Origin: Candidatus Eiseniibacteriota bacterium
GTDB lineage: Bacteria; Eisenbacteria; RBG-16-71-46
Reading direction: 5' to 3'
Length of the DNA: 64,000 bases
Assembly: GCA_044223005.1 (NCBI GenBank)
Contig: JBGAML010000014.1
Coordinates: 59,854 to 123,853 of the forward strand
Shown here: one piece after another, positions 9,719 to 19,288 of the stretch
Position numbering within the stretch: position 1 is the stretch's first letter
Layout: every line of letters begins with the position of its first letter
Translations under genes and position numbers: made by a program
Notes under the pieces: model-generated
The model's input: only the letters and a program-made list of their open reading frames with translations
Told to the model about the DNA's origin: nothing
The model's database searches: none

Positions 9719-10759
9719 ATGTCGCGCGTCCCTGAAAATTCGTTACATGGAGCCCCGCAGCCGGAAGCCGCGCCGACGCCGCAGGTCAGCCGCCGGCGCT
9801 TTCTGTTGAGCATGGGCGCCCTCGCGGGCGCGGCAGCCGCCGCTCCGCTCCTCACCCGCATCCCCGCGCTGGCCCGCTTCGGCGGCCGCTCGCGCGTCGA
9901 ATCCTCGCGCGCGGCGCTCGGCACCTGGGTGCGGATCGTCGTCCGGCACCCGGACCCCGCGCTCGCCGAGCGCGCGATCGCGCGCGCCTTCGAGGCGATC
10001 GCGCTCGTCGACGCCCAGATGAGCGTCCACCGCGCGGACAGCGAGCTCGCGCGTGTCAACGCCGCCGCCGGCGAACGCGCCGTGCCGGTGAGCGCGGCGC
10101 TGCTCGACGTGGTCGAGCGCGCGACGCGCTGCTCGTTCCGCACGCAGGGCGTCTACGATCCCACCGTGCTGCCGCTCATGCGCGCGTTCGGCTTCTACGG
10201 CCCGAAGCGCACGCACCTGCCGTCCGACCGCGAGATCGCCGCCGCGCTCGACGCCGTGGGCGCGAAGTACGTCGCGCTCGACCGCGCCGCCGGAACGCTG
10301 GGACTGACCCGCCGCGGCGCCGCGCTCGACCTGGGCGCGATCGGCAAGGGCTGGGCGGTCGACCGTGCGGTCGACGCGTTGCGCGCCGCCGGCGTGACCG
10401 ATGCGCTCGTCGACGTGGGCCGCAACGTGTATGGCATGGGCCGCCCCGAGGACGGCGCCGAAGGCTGGCGCGTCGGCGTGGTGCACCCGAAGACCGCCGC
10501 GGTGGACCGCGTGTTCACGCTGCACGACAGCGCCGTGGCCACCAGCGGCAACTACGAGCAGTGGGAGGACCTCGACGGCGTCCGCGTCGGGCACCTGCTC
10601 GACGCCGTGCGCGGACGGCCCGCGAACCCGCACCTGAGCGCCACCGTGCACGCGGCCTCGGGATTCGACTCGGACAACGGCAGCTCCATCGCGTTCCTGG
10701 CCGGCGCGCGCGTCGGCGAGATCGTCCCGGGCGTGCTCGAAACCCACTTCATCGGGTGA
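9719..10759 (+). CDS. apbE: FAD:protein FMN transferase with twin-arginine signal peptide
   Basis: SRRRFL plus hydrophobic stretch; YDPTV, LDLGAIGKGWAVD, VATSGNYE, GHLLD; directly upstream of rnf. Confidence 0.9.
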   Translation: MSRVPENSLHGAPQPEAAPTPQVSRRRFLLSMGALAGAAAAAPLLTRIPALARFGGRSRVESSRAALGTWVRIVVRHPDPALAERAIARAFEAIALVDAQMSVHRADSELARVNAAAGERAVPVSAALLDVVERATRCSFRTQGVYDPTVLPLMRAFGFYGPKRTHLPSDREIAAALDAVGAKYVALDRAAGTLGLTRRGAALDLGAIGKGWAVDRAVDALRAAGVTDALVDVGRNVYGMGRPEDGAEGWRVGVVHPKTAAVDRVFTLHDSAVATSGNYEQWEDLDGVRVGHLLDAVRGRPANPHLSATVHAASGFDSDNGSSIAFLAGARVGEIVPGVLETHFIG

Positions 10760-10764
10760 GCGGC

Positions 10765-12129
10765 ATGAGCCACGGAACGGGCGGGATGCACACGTTCGGG
10801 CGCGGGGGCATCCACCCCGGACCCCACAAGGAAGCCACTTCGGGCAAGGCGATCGACGTCCTGCCCACTCCGGCCGAGGTCGTGCTGCCGCTGTCGCAGT
10901 GCCTGGGCGACGCGAGCGAGCCGATCGTGAAGAAGAACGAGATGGTGCGCCGCGGGCAGAAGATCGCCGACGGCGGCAAGACCGGCGTGCCGCTGCACGC
11001 ACCGATCAGCGGCAAGATCCGCCCCGTCGAGAAGCGCACGCACCCGACGATGGCGATGGCCATGTCGATCGCGATCGCGGCCAACGCCGAAGCGGGCCCC
11101 GAGCTCGAGTTCCCCGAGGATCCCGAGTGGCGGACGCTGCCACGGGAAGAAGCGATCGCGCGCATCCGCGAGGCCGGCATCGTCGGCCTGGGCGGCGCGG
11201 CCTTCCCCACCTGGCGCAAGCTCGAGTTCGCGATCGACAGCAAGGTCGACACGCTGGTGATGAACGGCGCCGAGTGCGAACCGTACCTGACCAGCGACTA
11301 CCGGCTCATGCTCGCGCACCCGCGCGAGATCGTCGAAGGCTCGCTCGCGATCGCGCGCGTGGTCGGCGCGGCGCGCGTGCAGTTCGGCGTCGAGTCCGAC
11401 AAGCCTGACGCCATGCAGGCGCTGCGCGACGCCGCGCACGCCGTCGCGGCCGCGGGCGACCGCATGCCCGTCGACATCGTGCCCTGCCTCGCGCGCTACC
11501 CGCAGGGCGCCGAGAAGCAGCTCGTGTTCGCCGTCACCGGGCGCACGGTGCCGCCGCGCAAGCTGCCGTCGGCGGTCGGCGTGCTCGTGCAGAACGTCGC
11601 CACCGCGATGGCGGTGCACGACGCGCTGCGCTACCGCAAGCCGCTGCTCGACCGCGTGCTCACCGTGACCGGTCCGGGCGTGAAGGACCCGCGCAACGTG
11701 CAGGTCCCGCTCGGCGTGTCGCTCAGCGACGTGGTCGAGTTCTGCGGCGGGCTCTCGCCCGACGCCACGCGCATGGTCGCGGGCGGCCCGATGATGGGCC
11801 GCGCGCTGCCGCGGCTCGACGTGCCGCTCATCAAGGGCATGAACGGGCTCGTCCTGCTCACGGGCAAGGGCCCGCTCGAGGACGGCTTCGGCGCCTGCAT
11901 CCGCTGCGGCCGCTGCCTCGACGCCTGCCCGCTCGGGCTCGAGCCCGACCAGGTCTCGATTCGCGTCGAAGCCGGGCGCACGCTCGACACCGAGCGTCAC
12001 GGCGCGCTCGACTGCTACGAGTGCGGCTGCTGCAGCTACGTCTGCCCCGCCGGACGGCCGCTCGTCCAGTTCATGCAGGTGGCCAAGGGCGCGCTGCGAC
12101 GCGCCGCCGACACGCGGAGGGCGTCGTGA
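10765..12129 (+). CDS. rnfC: Rnf complex subunit C
   Basis: GGIHP, HAPISG, GIVGLGGAAFPT, NGAECEPYLTSD, YPQGAEKQL, GGPMMG, two CxxCxxCxxxCP motifs. Confidence 0.96.
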   Translation: MSHGTGGMHTFGRGGIHPGPHKEATSGKAIDVLPTPAEVVLPLSQCLGDASEPIVKKNEMVRRGQKIADGGKTGVPLHAPISGKIRPVEKRTHPTMAMAMSIAIAANAEAGPELEFPEDPEWRTLPREEAIARIREAGIVGLGGAAFPTWRKLEFAIDSKVDTLVMNGAECEPYLTSDYRLMLAHPREIVEGSLAIARVVGAARVQFGVESDKPDAMQALRDAAHAVAAAGDRMPVDIVPCLARYPQGAEKQLVFAVTGRTVPPRKLPSAVGVLVQNVATAMAVHDALRYRKPLLDRVLTVTGPGVKDPRNVQVPLGVSLSDVVEFCGGLSPDATRMVAGGPMMGRALPRLDVPLIKGMNGLVLLTGKGPLEDGFGACIRCGRCLDACPLGLEPDQVSIRVEAGRTLDTERHGALDCYECGCCSYVCPAGRPLVQFMQVAKGALRRAADTRRAS

Positions 12130-13109
12130 GCGAGACCGACCGCACCTTCGTCCTCACGCCGGGCCCGCACCTGCACGTCGAGGAGAGCACCTCGCGGATC
12201 ATGTGGTGGGTCAACGGCTCGCTCGCGCCCGCCGCGCTCTGGGGCGTGTACGTGTTCGGGTGGAACGCGCTCGCGGTCGTGCTCGCATCGATCGCGGGAG
12301 CGGCCGGCGCCGAATGGGCGGCGAGCCGCATGCTCAAGCGCCGCGCGACGCTCGCGGACGGCAGCGCCGTCTGCACCGGCCTGCTGCTCGCGCTCACGCT
12401 GCCGCCGCGCCTGCCGGCGTGGGAGGCGTTCCTCGGTGCGATCTTCGCGATCGCGCTCGGCAAGATGATCTTCGGCGGGCTGGGCTTCAACCTCTTCAAC
12501 CCCGCACTGCTCGGCCGCGCGTTCCTCATGGCCACGTTCCCGCTCGCGATGACGTCGGGCTGGGCGCAGCCGCGGCCGTGGTTCGGCGCGCACCTCGACG
12601 CGATCACCACCGCCACGCCGCTCGCGGTGCTCAAGGAGCGTGGCCTCGCGGCGGCGCTCGAGGTGATCGCGAGTCCCGCCGGCACGTGGAAGGCGCTCGC
12701 GCTGGGCTTCCGGCCCGGCTCGATCGGCGAGGTCTCGCTGCTGCTGATCGCCGTCGGCGCCGCGGTGCTGCTCGCACGCCGGATCATCCAGCTCACCATT
12801 CCGCTCAGCGTGCTCGCCGGCGTCGCGCTGTCGACGCTGCACACCGGCCTGCCGGTGCTGCACCTGATGAGCGGCGGCCTCTGGCTCGGGGCGTTCTACA
12901 TGGCCACGGACTACGTGACCTCGCCCACCTCGCGCAACGGCCGCATCGTCTTCGGACTGATCGTGGGGCTCCTGACCGGCGTGATCCGCGTCTACGGCGG
13001 CTACCCGGAGGGCATCTGCTACGCGATCCTGATCGCCAACGCCATGGCGCCCGCGCTGGACCTCTGGTTCCGGCCGCGCCGCGTGGCGACCGCGGGGAGC
13101 CCGTCGTGA
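12126..13109 (+). CDS. rnfD: Rnf complex subunit D
   Basis: GPHLH, K..FGGLG.N.FNPAL.GRAFL, FMN site DAITTATPL, MATDYVTSP, GGYPEG; GTG start coupled to rnfC stop. Confidence 0.95.
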   Translation: MSETDRTFVLTPGPHLHVEESTSRIMWWVNGSLAPAALWGVYVFGWNALAVVLASIAGAAGAEWAASRMLKRRATLADGSAVCTGLLLALTLPPRLPAWEAFLGAIFAIALGKMIFGGLGFNLFNPALLGRAFLMATFPLAMTSGWAQPRPWFGAHLDAITTATPLAVLKERGLAAALEVIASPAGTWKALALGFRPGSIGEVSLLLIAVGAAVLLARRIIQLTIPLSVLAGVALSTLHTGLPVLHLMSGGLWLGAFYMATDYVTSPTSRNGRIVFGLIVGLLTGVIRVYGGYPEGICYAILIANAMAPALDLWFRPRRVATAGSPS

Positions 13110-13978
13110 GCGACCAGCTGGTGAACATCGAGGGCGCGCCCCGCACGCCCATGAACCCGCGCGAGATCGTCCGCATCGCGCTCAACCTGACCGCGGTGTG
13201 CGCGCTCGGCGCGATCATCCTCGGCGGCGTCTACATGGGCACCGAACGCTACCAGGCGGCGGCCCGGCTCGCCGGCGAACGCAACGCCGTCACGAGCCTG
13301 CTGGCGCTGGGCGGCGACGCGACGGTGCTCGAGGTGAAGCAGTTCCTCGCCCCCACGCGGCGCGAGGTCGTCTATCGCGCCAAACCCTACGGCGACGAGA
13401 AGGCCCCGGTGCACGAGCTCGTGTTCACGCTCGACGGCGCGCTGCGCTCGTCGCGCGCGGACGCTCCGGCCGAGGAGGCGAAGGACCTGCAGCCGCTCGG
13501 CCGGCTGTTCGTGGCCGAACGCGGCGGCACCCCCGCCGGCTTCGTGATCGAGGGTGAGACGCGCGGCTACAAGAACCGCATCCGCTTCTTCGTGGCCATG
13601 GATACGGCGTTCGTCGTGCAGGGCGTGAAGGTGCTCGAGCACGAGGAAGATCCCGGGCTCGGGGCCGAGGTCGCGACCTCGTGGTTCCAGGGCCAGTTCG
13701 TCGGCCGCACCGCCGACCGCATCGCGTCGATCGACGTGACGCGCGACCCGATGCCCGAGGACTGGCGCGCCGCGCTGGGCTCGATCGCGTCGGAGGCGTC
13801 CGGCGAGTGGCAGGGCCGGAACGCCACCCTGATCGCGCGCGAGGCCGGCAAGCCGATCTACGCCGTCACCGGCGCCACCATCTCGAGCCGCGCGCTGACG
13901 CGCGGCGTGCGCACCACCGTGGACCACTTCCGCCGCCGCTGGGCGCTGCTGGCCCCGCAGCTGGGAGGCTCGAAGTGA
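13106..13978 (+). CDS. rnfG: Rnf complex subunit G (FMN-binding), longer than typical
   Basis: N-terminal TM helix, H.EDPGLGAE, flavinylation motif VTGATISSRA. Confidence 0.9.
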   Translation: MSDQLVNIEGAPRTPMNPREIVRIALNLTAVCALGAIILGGVYMGTERYQAAARLAGERNAVTSLLALGGDATVLEVKQFLAPTRREVVYRAKPYGDEKAPVHELVFTLDGALRSSRADAPAEEAKDLQPLGRLFVAERGGTPAGFVIEGETRGYKNRIRFFVAMDTAFVVQGVKVLEHEEDPGLGAEVATSWFQGQFVGRTADRIASIDVTRDPMPEDWRAALGSIASEASGEWQGRNATLIAREAGKPIYAVTGATISSRALTRGVRTTVDHFRRRWALLAPQLGGSK

Positions 13979-14634
13979 GCGCGACCCCCGACACCGCGCG
14001 CCCGCCGGGCGCGCTGCAGCTGCTCGTGAACGGCATCCTCGCCGAGAACCCGGTGTTCCGCCTGGCGCTCTCGCTCTGCCCCGCCGTGGCCGTGACCACG
14101 ACGGTGCTGAACGGCTTCATCCTCGGCGTCGCGGTGCTGGCCGTGCAGGTGCTCTCGAGCGTCACCGTGGCACTCGTCCGCGGCGCGATCCACCCGCGCG
14201 TCCGCATCCCGGTCTACACGATCATCATCGCCATCTGGGTGAGCGCGATCGACATGACGCTCTCGGCCTTCACCCCTGCGCTCTACGCGCAGGTCGGGCT
14301 CTACATCAAGCTCATCGTGGCGTTCGCGATCATCATCTCGCGGCTCGAGGTGTTCGCTTCGCGCCAGCCGCTCGTCCCCTCCTTCTTCGACGGACTCGGC
14401 ATGGGGCTCGGCTTCATGCTCGCGCTGGTCGTGATCGGCGCGCTGCGCGAGCTGCTCGGCAACGGCTCGTTCGCCGGCATCCCGCTGCTGCACGGCAAGC
14501 CGCTCCTCTTCTTCGCGCTTCCCGCGGGCGGCTTCTTCTCGATCGCGCTCCTCATGGCGTTCTTCAACCGCATCGAGCGGGCGGTCTCCGGCGACGTGAA
14601 GCGCCCGGCGTCCGGCGGAGGTCACCATGGCTAA
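13975..14634 (+). CDS. rnfE: Rnf complex subunit E
   Basis: ENPVFRLALSLCPAVAVT, VRIP, DGLGMGLGF, LRELLG.G, LPAGGF. Confidence 0.93.
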   Translation: MSATPDTARPPGALQLLVNGILAENPVFRLALSLCPAVAVTTTVLNGFILGVAVLAVQVLSSVTVALVRGAIHPRVRIPVYTIIIAIWVSAIDMTLSAFTPALYAQVGLYIKLIVAFAIIISRLEVFASRQPLVPSFFDGLGMGLGFMLALVVIGALRELLGNGSFAGIPLLHGKPLLFFALPAGGFFSIALLMAFFNRIERAVSGDVKRPASGGGHHG

Positions 14635-15586
14635 CCTGCGCCTCACGCCCGTCGTCGCGCTCGCGCCCGTGGCGCTGATCGCGCTCTTCGCCCTGCCGGG
14701 CCTGCGCCTGGCCGCGCTGCCGCCGGTGCCGACCCATGCGGGCGGCGTGCTGCAGTCGGCGAAGGTCGTCTCGCCCGACAAGGTGAAACTGCTGTTCGAC
14801 GGTCCCATCGCCCGCACGGACGCCGGCAACTTCCGCTTCACCGAGGGCGCCGCGCCCGACGCGCCGCTCCCGGTCACCGCGGTGCAGGCGGAGCCCGACG
14901 GCCGGGTCACGCTCACCGTGGGCTCGACGCTGAGGGCGTCGGACCGCTACCACCTCGACGTGCAGGATCCGCCGCTCTCGCGCGACGTCGCGCCGTCGAC
15001 GTGGGCGCTCCTGCTGTCGGTGTTCCTGTCGTCGGCGCTGATCAACAATTTCGTGTTCACGCGCTACCTCGGGCTCTGCATCTTCTTCGGCGTCAGCAAG
15101 CGCACCGCCACCGCCGTCGGCATGGGCATCACGTTCACCGCCGTGATGATCTTCACCGCCATGTCGTCGTGGGCCGTGGACACGTTCCTGCTGCGGCCGC
15201 TCGGCCTCGGGTTCCTGCAGGTGCTCGTGTTCATCGGCACCGTGGCCGCGGTCGTGCAGTTCCTCGACACGATGCTCAAGAAGACGCACCCCGCCCTGCA
15301 CAAGGGTTTCGGCGTCTACCTGATGCTGATCACGACCAACTGCATCATCCTCGCGGTGCCGCTGCTCAACGCCGGCTCGCACGCCTCGTTCGCCGAGGCG
15401 TTCGCGCTCGCACTCGGTTCGGGCCTCGGCTTCGCGCTGGCGCTGTTCCTGATGTCGTGTGCACGCGAGAAGATGGAACTGGCGCGCGTGCCGAAGAGCT
15501 TCGAAGGCCTGCCCATCGCGTTCGCGCTCGCCGGGTTGTTCGCGCTCGCGTTCATGGGCTTCTCGGGCCTGGACTTCTTCCGGTAG
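14627..15586 (+). CDS. rnfA: Rnf complex subunit A with ~124-aa N-terminal extension
   Basis: Core INNFVFTRYLGLCIFFGVS, LITTNCIIL, LALFLMS..RE, AFMGFSG; ATG at 14627 with GGAGGT RBS. Confidence 0.93.
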   Translation: MANLRLTPVVALAPVALIALFALPGLRLAALPPVPTHAGGVLQSAKVVSPDKVKLLFDGPIARTDAGNFRFTEGAAPDAPLPVTAVQAEPDGRVTLTVGSTLRASDRYHLDVQDPPLSRDVAPSTWALLLSVFLSSALINNFVFTRYLGLCIFFGVSKRTATAVGMGITFTAVMIFTAMSSWAVDTFLLRPLGLGFLQVLVFIGTVAAVVQFLDTMLKKTHPALHKGFGVYLMLITTNCIILAVPLLNAGSHASFAEAFALALGSGLGFALALFLMSCAREKMELARVPKSFEGLPIAFALAGLFALAFMGFSGLDFFR

Positions 15587-15592
15587 GAGATC

Positions 15593-16468
15593 ATGGATCA
15601 CGGGGCGATGGGTGTGGCGCTGTGGGGGCTCGGGGTCTTCTCCTCGCTCGGGCTGGTGTTCGGCATCGCCCTGGGCGGCGCCGCCGAGCGGTTCAAGGTG
15701 GCCAGCAACCCGCTGGTCGACCAGGTACGCGACCGGCTGCCGTCCGCCAACTGCGGCGCCTGCGGCTACGCGGGCTGCACCGCGTACGCCGAAGCGGTGG
15801 TCGACGGCGCGAACGTGTCGCCGAGCCTGTGCATCCCGGGCGGTGCGGGCGTGGCCGCCGCGATCGCGCAGCTGACCGGCAAGGCGGCCGGCGCCGTGCA
15901 GGACCGGATCGTGGTCATGACCTGCCACGGCACGAGCGCCTACGCGCGCGAGGAGGCCGAGTACGCCGGCATCCCGACGTGCGCCGCCGCCGCGCTGGTG
16001 TTCGGCGGCCCGCGCGCGTGCAAGAACGGCTGCCTGGGGCTCGGCGACTGCGTGCGCGCCTGCCCGTTCGACGCGCTGAAGATCGGCGAGGGCGGCATCG
16101 CGCAGGTCGACGTGTCCAAGTGCACCGGCTGCGCCGTCTGCGTCGCGGTCTGCCCCAAGGACCTCTTCCGTCTCTACCCGCGCAGCCGCCGGATCGAGCT
16201 GGCCTGCAAGGCGGTCGACAAGGCCTCGATCGTGCGCGCCACCTGCCTCGTGGGCTGCACCACCTGCCGCAAGTGCGTCTCCAAGTGCCCCGCCGGCGCG
16301 ATCGAGTGGGATGGCCGCACGATCCTGATCGACCACGAGAAGTGCATCGCCTACGGGCCTTCGTGCAACGAAGCTTGCAGTGACATCTGTCCCAGTACCA
16401 TCCTCCACCGGGTCGGGGCGTCACCCCGTCCCGAGCTCGTCGAGATCGGCGAACCTTCAGGAGCCTGA
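15593..16468 (+). CDS. rnfB: Rnf complex subunit B (polyferredoxin type)
   Basis: LPSANCGACGYAGC, CIPGG, CLGLGDCVRACPFDA and further CxxCxxCxxxCP motifs. Confidence 0.95.
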   Translation: MDHGAMGVALWGLGVFSSLGLVFGIALGGAAERFKVASNPLVDQVRDRLPSANCGACGYAGCTAYAEAVVDGANVSPSLCIPGGAGVAAAIAQLTGKAAGAVQDRIVVMTCHGTSAYAREEAEYAGIPTCAAAALVFGGPRACKNGCLGLGDCVRACPFDALKIGEGGIAQVDVSKCTGCAVCVAVCPKDLFRLYPRSRRIELACKAVDKASIVRATCLVGCTTCRKCVSKCPAGAIEWDGRTILIDHEKCIAYGPSCNEACSDICPSTILHRVGASPRPELVEIGEPSGA

Positions 16469-16473
16469 GACAC

Positions 16474-18237
16474 ATGGAAACCCGCACCGAGACCAGTCCA
16501 TCCTCGACGGTGCCCCAGACCTCGTCCCGATCGATCGTGATCGGCATCGCCGGCAGCGGCGGTGACGGCGTCGCGCTCATCGGGGACCTGCTGCTCAAGA
16601 TGGCGGCGCATCAGGGCCTCTACGGCGTGCTCGTGCAGTCGTACGGTCCGCAGATCCGCGGCGGCGAATCGGCCGTCGTGCTCCGGATCGGCGAGCGCGA
16701 GCTCTGCTACGAGGGCGACGCGACCGACGTGCTCGTCTGCTTCCGCGCCGCCGACCTCAAGCGCTTCCGCGGCACGATGCTGCTGCACGAGGACAGCCTG
16801 CTGATCCTCGAGGCCCAGGACACCGGCGAGCTGCCGGACTGGCTCGGCGCCAGCAAGCGGCCGACGTTCCGCCACGCGTTCGCGACGTTCGAAGCCGGCG
16901 TCGAGGTCGCGGGACCGCCCAAGAACATGATGGCGCTCGCCCTGATCTGCCGCGCGCTCGGCTGGCCCGAGTCGCTCGCCGAGCAGGCGCTGCGCGAACG
17001 CTTCGCCGACCGGCCCGCGCTGGTCGACCGCAACATGCCCACGTTCCGCACGGCGTACGCCACGCCCGGCGTGCCGGCGCTGCCGCGCGTCGCGGGCCAC
17101 GGCGTGCCGCTGGTCGTCGAGACCGGCAACGAGGCCGTCGCGCGCGGCGCCATGGCGGCGGGGCTGCGCTTCTTCGCCGGCTACCCCATCACGCCGTCTT
17201 CCGAGGTGATGGAGACGCTGATCGACGAGCTCCCCTCCACCGGCGGCCGCGTCGTGCAGGCCGAGGACGAGATCTCGGCGCTCGGCATGGTGGTCGGGGC
17301 CAGCTTCGGCGGCGTGCCGAGCATGACCGCCACGAGCGGCCCCGGGCTCTCGCTCATGACCGAGATGATGGGCCTCGCCAGCATGGCCGAGCTGCCCACG
17401 GTCATCGTCGACTGCCAGCGCGCCGGTCCGGCGACGGGCATGCCGAGCCGCACCGAGCAGTCGGACCTCTTCCACGCCGTCTACGGTGGCCACGGCGACT
17501 TCCCGCGTGTCGTGCTCGGCGTGTTCGACGTCGTGCACGCCCGCGACGTCATGCACCGCGCGTTCGAGCTCGCGGAGAACTACCAGCTCCCCGTGCTCGT
17601 GCTGTCGGACGCGTACGTGGCGCAGCGCCGCCAGATCCGCGACGCGGTCGTGAACCGCAAGGACCGCCCGGCGCGCACGCGCTGGAAGTCGGCGCAGGAC
17701 GGCATGACGCGCTTCTCGCTGACGGGCGACCAGCCCGTGAACGCGTTCCGCGTCCCCGGCACTCCCGGCGGCACCTACATGGCCGCCGGCATCGAGCACA
17801 CCGAGGAGGGCAATCCCACCGCGGACGCCGGCCTGCACCAGAAGATGAGCGAGAAGCGCTTCCGCAAGCTGGACGGGATCGCCGTCGACACGAAGGACTG
17901 GTACCGCACGCTGGGCGCCGACGACGCTCCGCGCGGCATCATCGCGTGGGGCAGCACGTACGGCGTGCTCGAGGAATGGGTCCGCGAGCATCCCGAGTAC
18001 CGCGTGTTCCTGCCCGAGATCATCCATCCGTTTCCCGTGGACGCACTCACGGCGTGGCGTGCGGGACTGAAGGACTGCTGCGTCGTCGAGCTGAGCTACC
18101 AGGGCCAGTTCCACCACTACCTCACCAGCCTCACGGACATGACCGGTGTGCGCAGCGTCGCCCGCAGCGGCGGTCTGCCCCTGTCGATGCGCGAGCTGGC
18201 GTCGCTGCTCGCCGCGAGCCCCAAGGAGAAGGCATGA
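16474..18237 (+). CDS. korA: 2-oxoacid:ferredoxin oxidoreductase alpha subunit (KorA-type, gamma-alpha fusion)
   Basis: GSGGDG..G, SYGPQIRGGES, FFAGYPITPSSE, QAEDEI, ATSGPGLSL, QRAGPATGMP..EQSD. Confidence 0.92.
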   Translation: METRTETSPSSTVPQTSSRSIVIGIAGSGGDGVALIGDLLLKMAAHQGLYGVLVQSYGPQIRGGESAVVLRIGERELCYEGDATDVLVCFRAADLKRFRGTMLLHEDSLLILEAQDTGELPDWLGASKRPTFRHAFATFEAGVEVAGPPKNMMALALICRALGWPESLAEQALRERFADRPALVDRNMPTFRTAYATPGVPALPRVAGHGVPLVVETGNEAVARGAMAAGLRFFAGYPITPSSEVMETLIDELPSTGGRVVQAEDEISALGMVVGASFGGVPSMTATSGPGLSLMTEMMGLASMAELPTVIVDCQRAGPATGMPSRTEQSDLFHAVYGGHGDFPRVVLGVFDVVHARDVMHRAFELAENYQLPVLVLSDAYVAQRRQIRDAVVNRKDRPARTRWKSAQDGMTRFSLTGDQPVNAFRVPGTPGGTYMAAGIEHTEEGNPTADAGLHQKMSEKRFRKLDGIAVDTKDWYRTLGADDAPRGIIAWGSTYGVLEEWVREHPEYRVFLPEIIHPFPVDALTAWRAGLKDCCVVELSYQGQFHHYLTSLTDMTGVRSVARSGGLPLSMRELASLLAASPKEKA

Positions 18238-19070
18238 AGGCCAAGGATTATCGCACCGACCTTCAGCCCGTCTGGTGCACGGGCTGCGGCGACTTCGGCG
18301 TGCTGAAGGGCCTCACGCAGGCGCTCGCCGACCTCGAAGTCGCTCCCGAGAAGCTCGCGGTCATCTCCGGCATCGGCTGCTCGAGCCGCCTGCCGGGCTA
18401 CGTGAAGGCGTACTCGTTCAACTCGATCCACGGCCGCGCGCTGCCGATCGCGACCGGGCTCAAGGTGGCGCGCCCCGAGCTCACGACGATCGTCGTCGGC
18501 GGCGACGGCGACGGCTTCAGCATCGGCCTCGGCCACATTCCGCACGCCGTGCGGCGCAACACGAACCTCACGTACATCGTGATGGACAACGGCATCTACG
18601 GCCTCACCAAGGGCCAGGCCTCGCCCACCACGGAGATGGAGTCCAAGAAGAGCCGCGGCCTCGCGGGCGCCGACGACCAGCCGCTGAACCCCGTGCTGCT
18701 CGTGCTGAGCGCGGGCTGCGGGTTCGTCGCGCGCACGCACGCCGGCAACATGCCGCACATGCGCGAGATGTTCCGGCACGCCGTGGAGTACCCCGGCTTC
18801 TCGTTCGTGCACGTGCTCGCCGGCTGCGTCACGTACCAGCCGCGCGGCTACTCGGACCAGCTGCTGCAGCGCAGCTACGAGCTGCCCGAGGGCTACGACC
18901 CCACGAACCTGAACCACGCCGTCGAGACCGCGCGCGACGGCCGCTTCGCGCTGGGGGTCCTCTACCGTCGGCCGGCCGAAGCCGTCGCCGAGATGGCGAG
19001 CACGATCGCCGACGACGAGGACTGGACGCCGCCGGACGCGATCCTCAAGCAGGACCTGCCGACCGAATAG
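18234..19070 (+). CDS. korB: 2-oxoacid:ferredoxin oxidoreductase beta subunit (KorB-type)
   Basis: WCTGCGDF, SGIGCSSR, IHGRALP, GDGDGFSIG, DNGIYGLTKGQASPT; ATGA overlap. Confidence 0.93.
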   Translation: MKAKDYRTDLQPVWCTGCGDFGVLKGLTQALADLEVAPEKLAVISGIGCSSRLPGYVKAYSFNSIHGRALPIATGLKVARPELTTIVVGGDGDGFSIGLGHIPHAVRRNTNLTYIVMDNGIYGLTKGQASPTTEMESKKSRGLAGADDQPLNPVLLVLSAGCGFVARTHAGNMPHMREMFRHAVEYPGFSFVHVLAGCVTYQPRGYSDQLLQRSYELPEGYDPTNLNHAVETARDGRFALGVLYRRPAEAVAEMASTIADDEDWTPPDAILKQDLPTE

Positions 19071-19100
19071 CGCCGCACCCGAACTGCCGCCGCACGCAGC

Positions 19101-19141
19101 GCGCCGCCCGTGACCCACGTGGTCACGGGCGGTCGCGTTTT
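19101..19141 (+). terminator. Terminator of the apbE-rnf-kor operon
   Basis: ccgcccgtgacc-cacgt-ggtcacgggcgg followed by tcgcgtttt. Confidence 0.7.
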
Positions 19142-19288
19142 CGCGGCGCGCCCGCGCGCGCGAGCCGGGGTGGATTTCACCTGTTCTCCCCGCGCGCATT
19201 CGGGTAATGCTCCGGCCTGCGACCTGAGCCGCAGTTCCGGCAACGGACGCTTCCGGCATTCACGCCCACGCCGTGCATCCGCGAGGCC

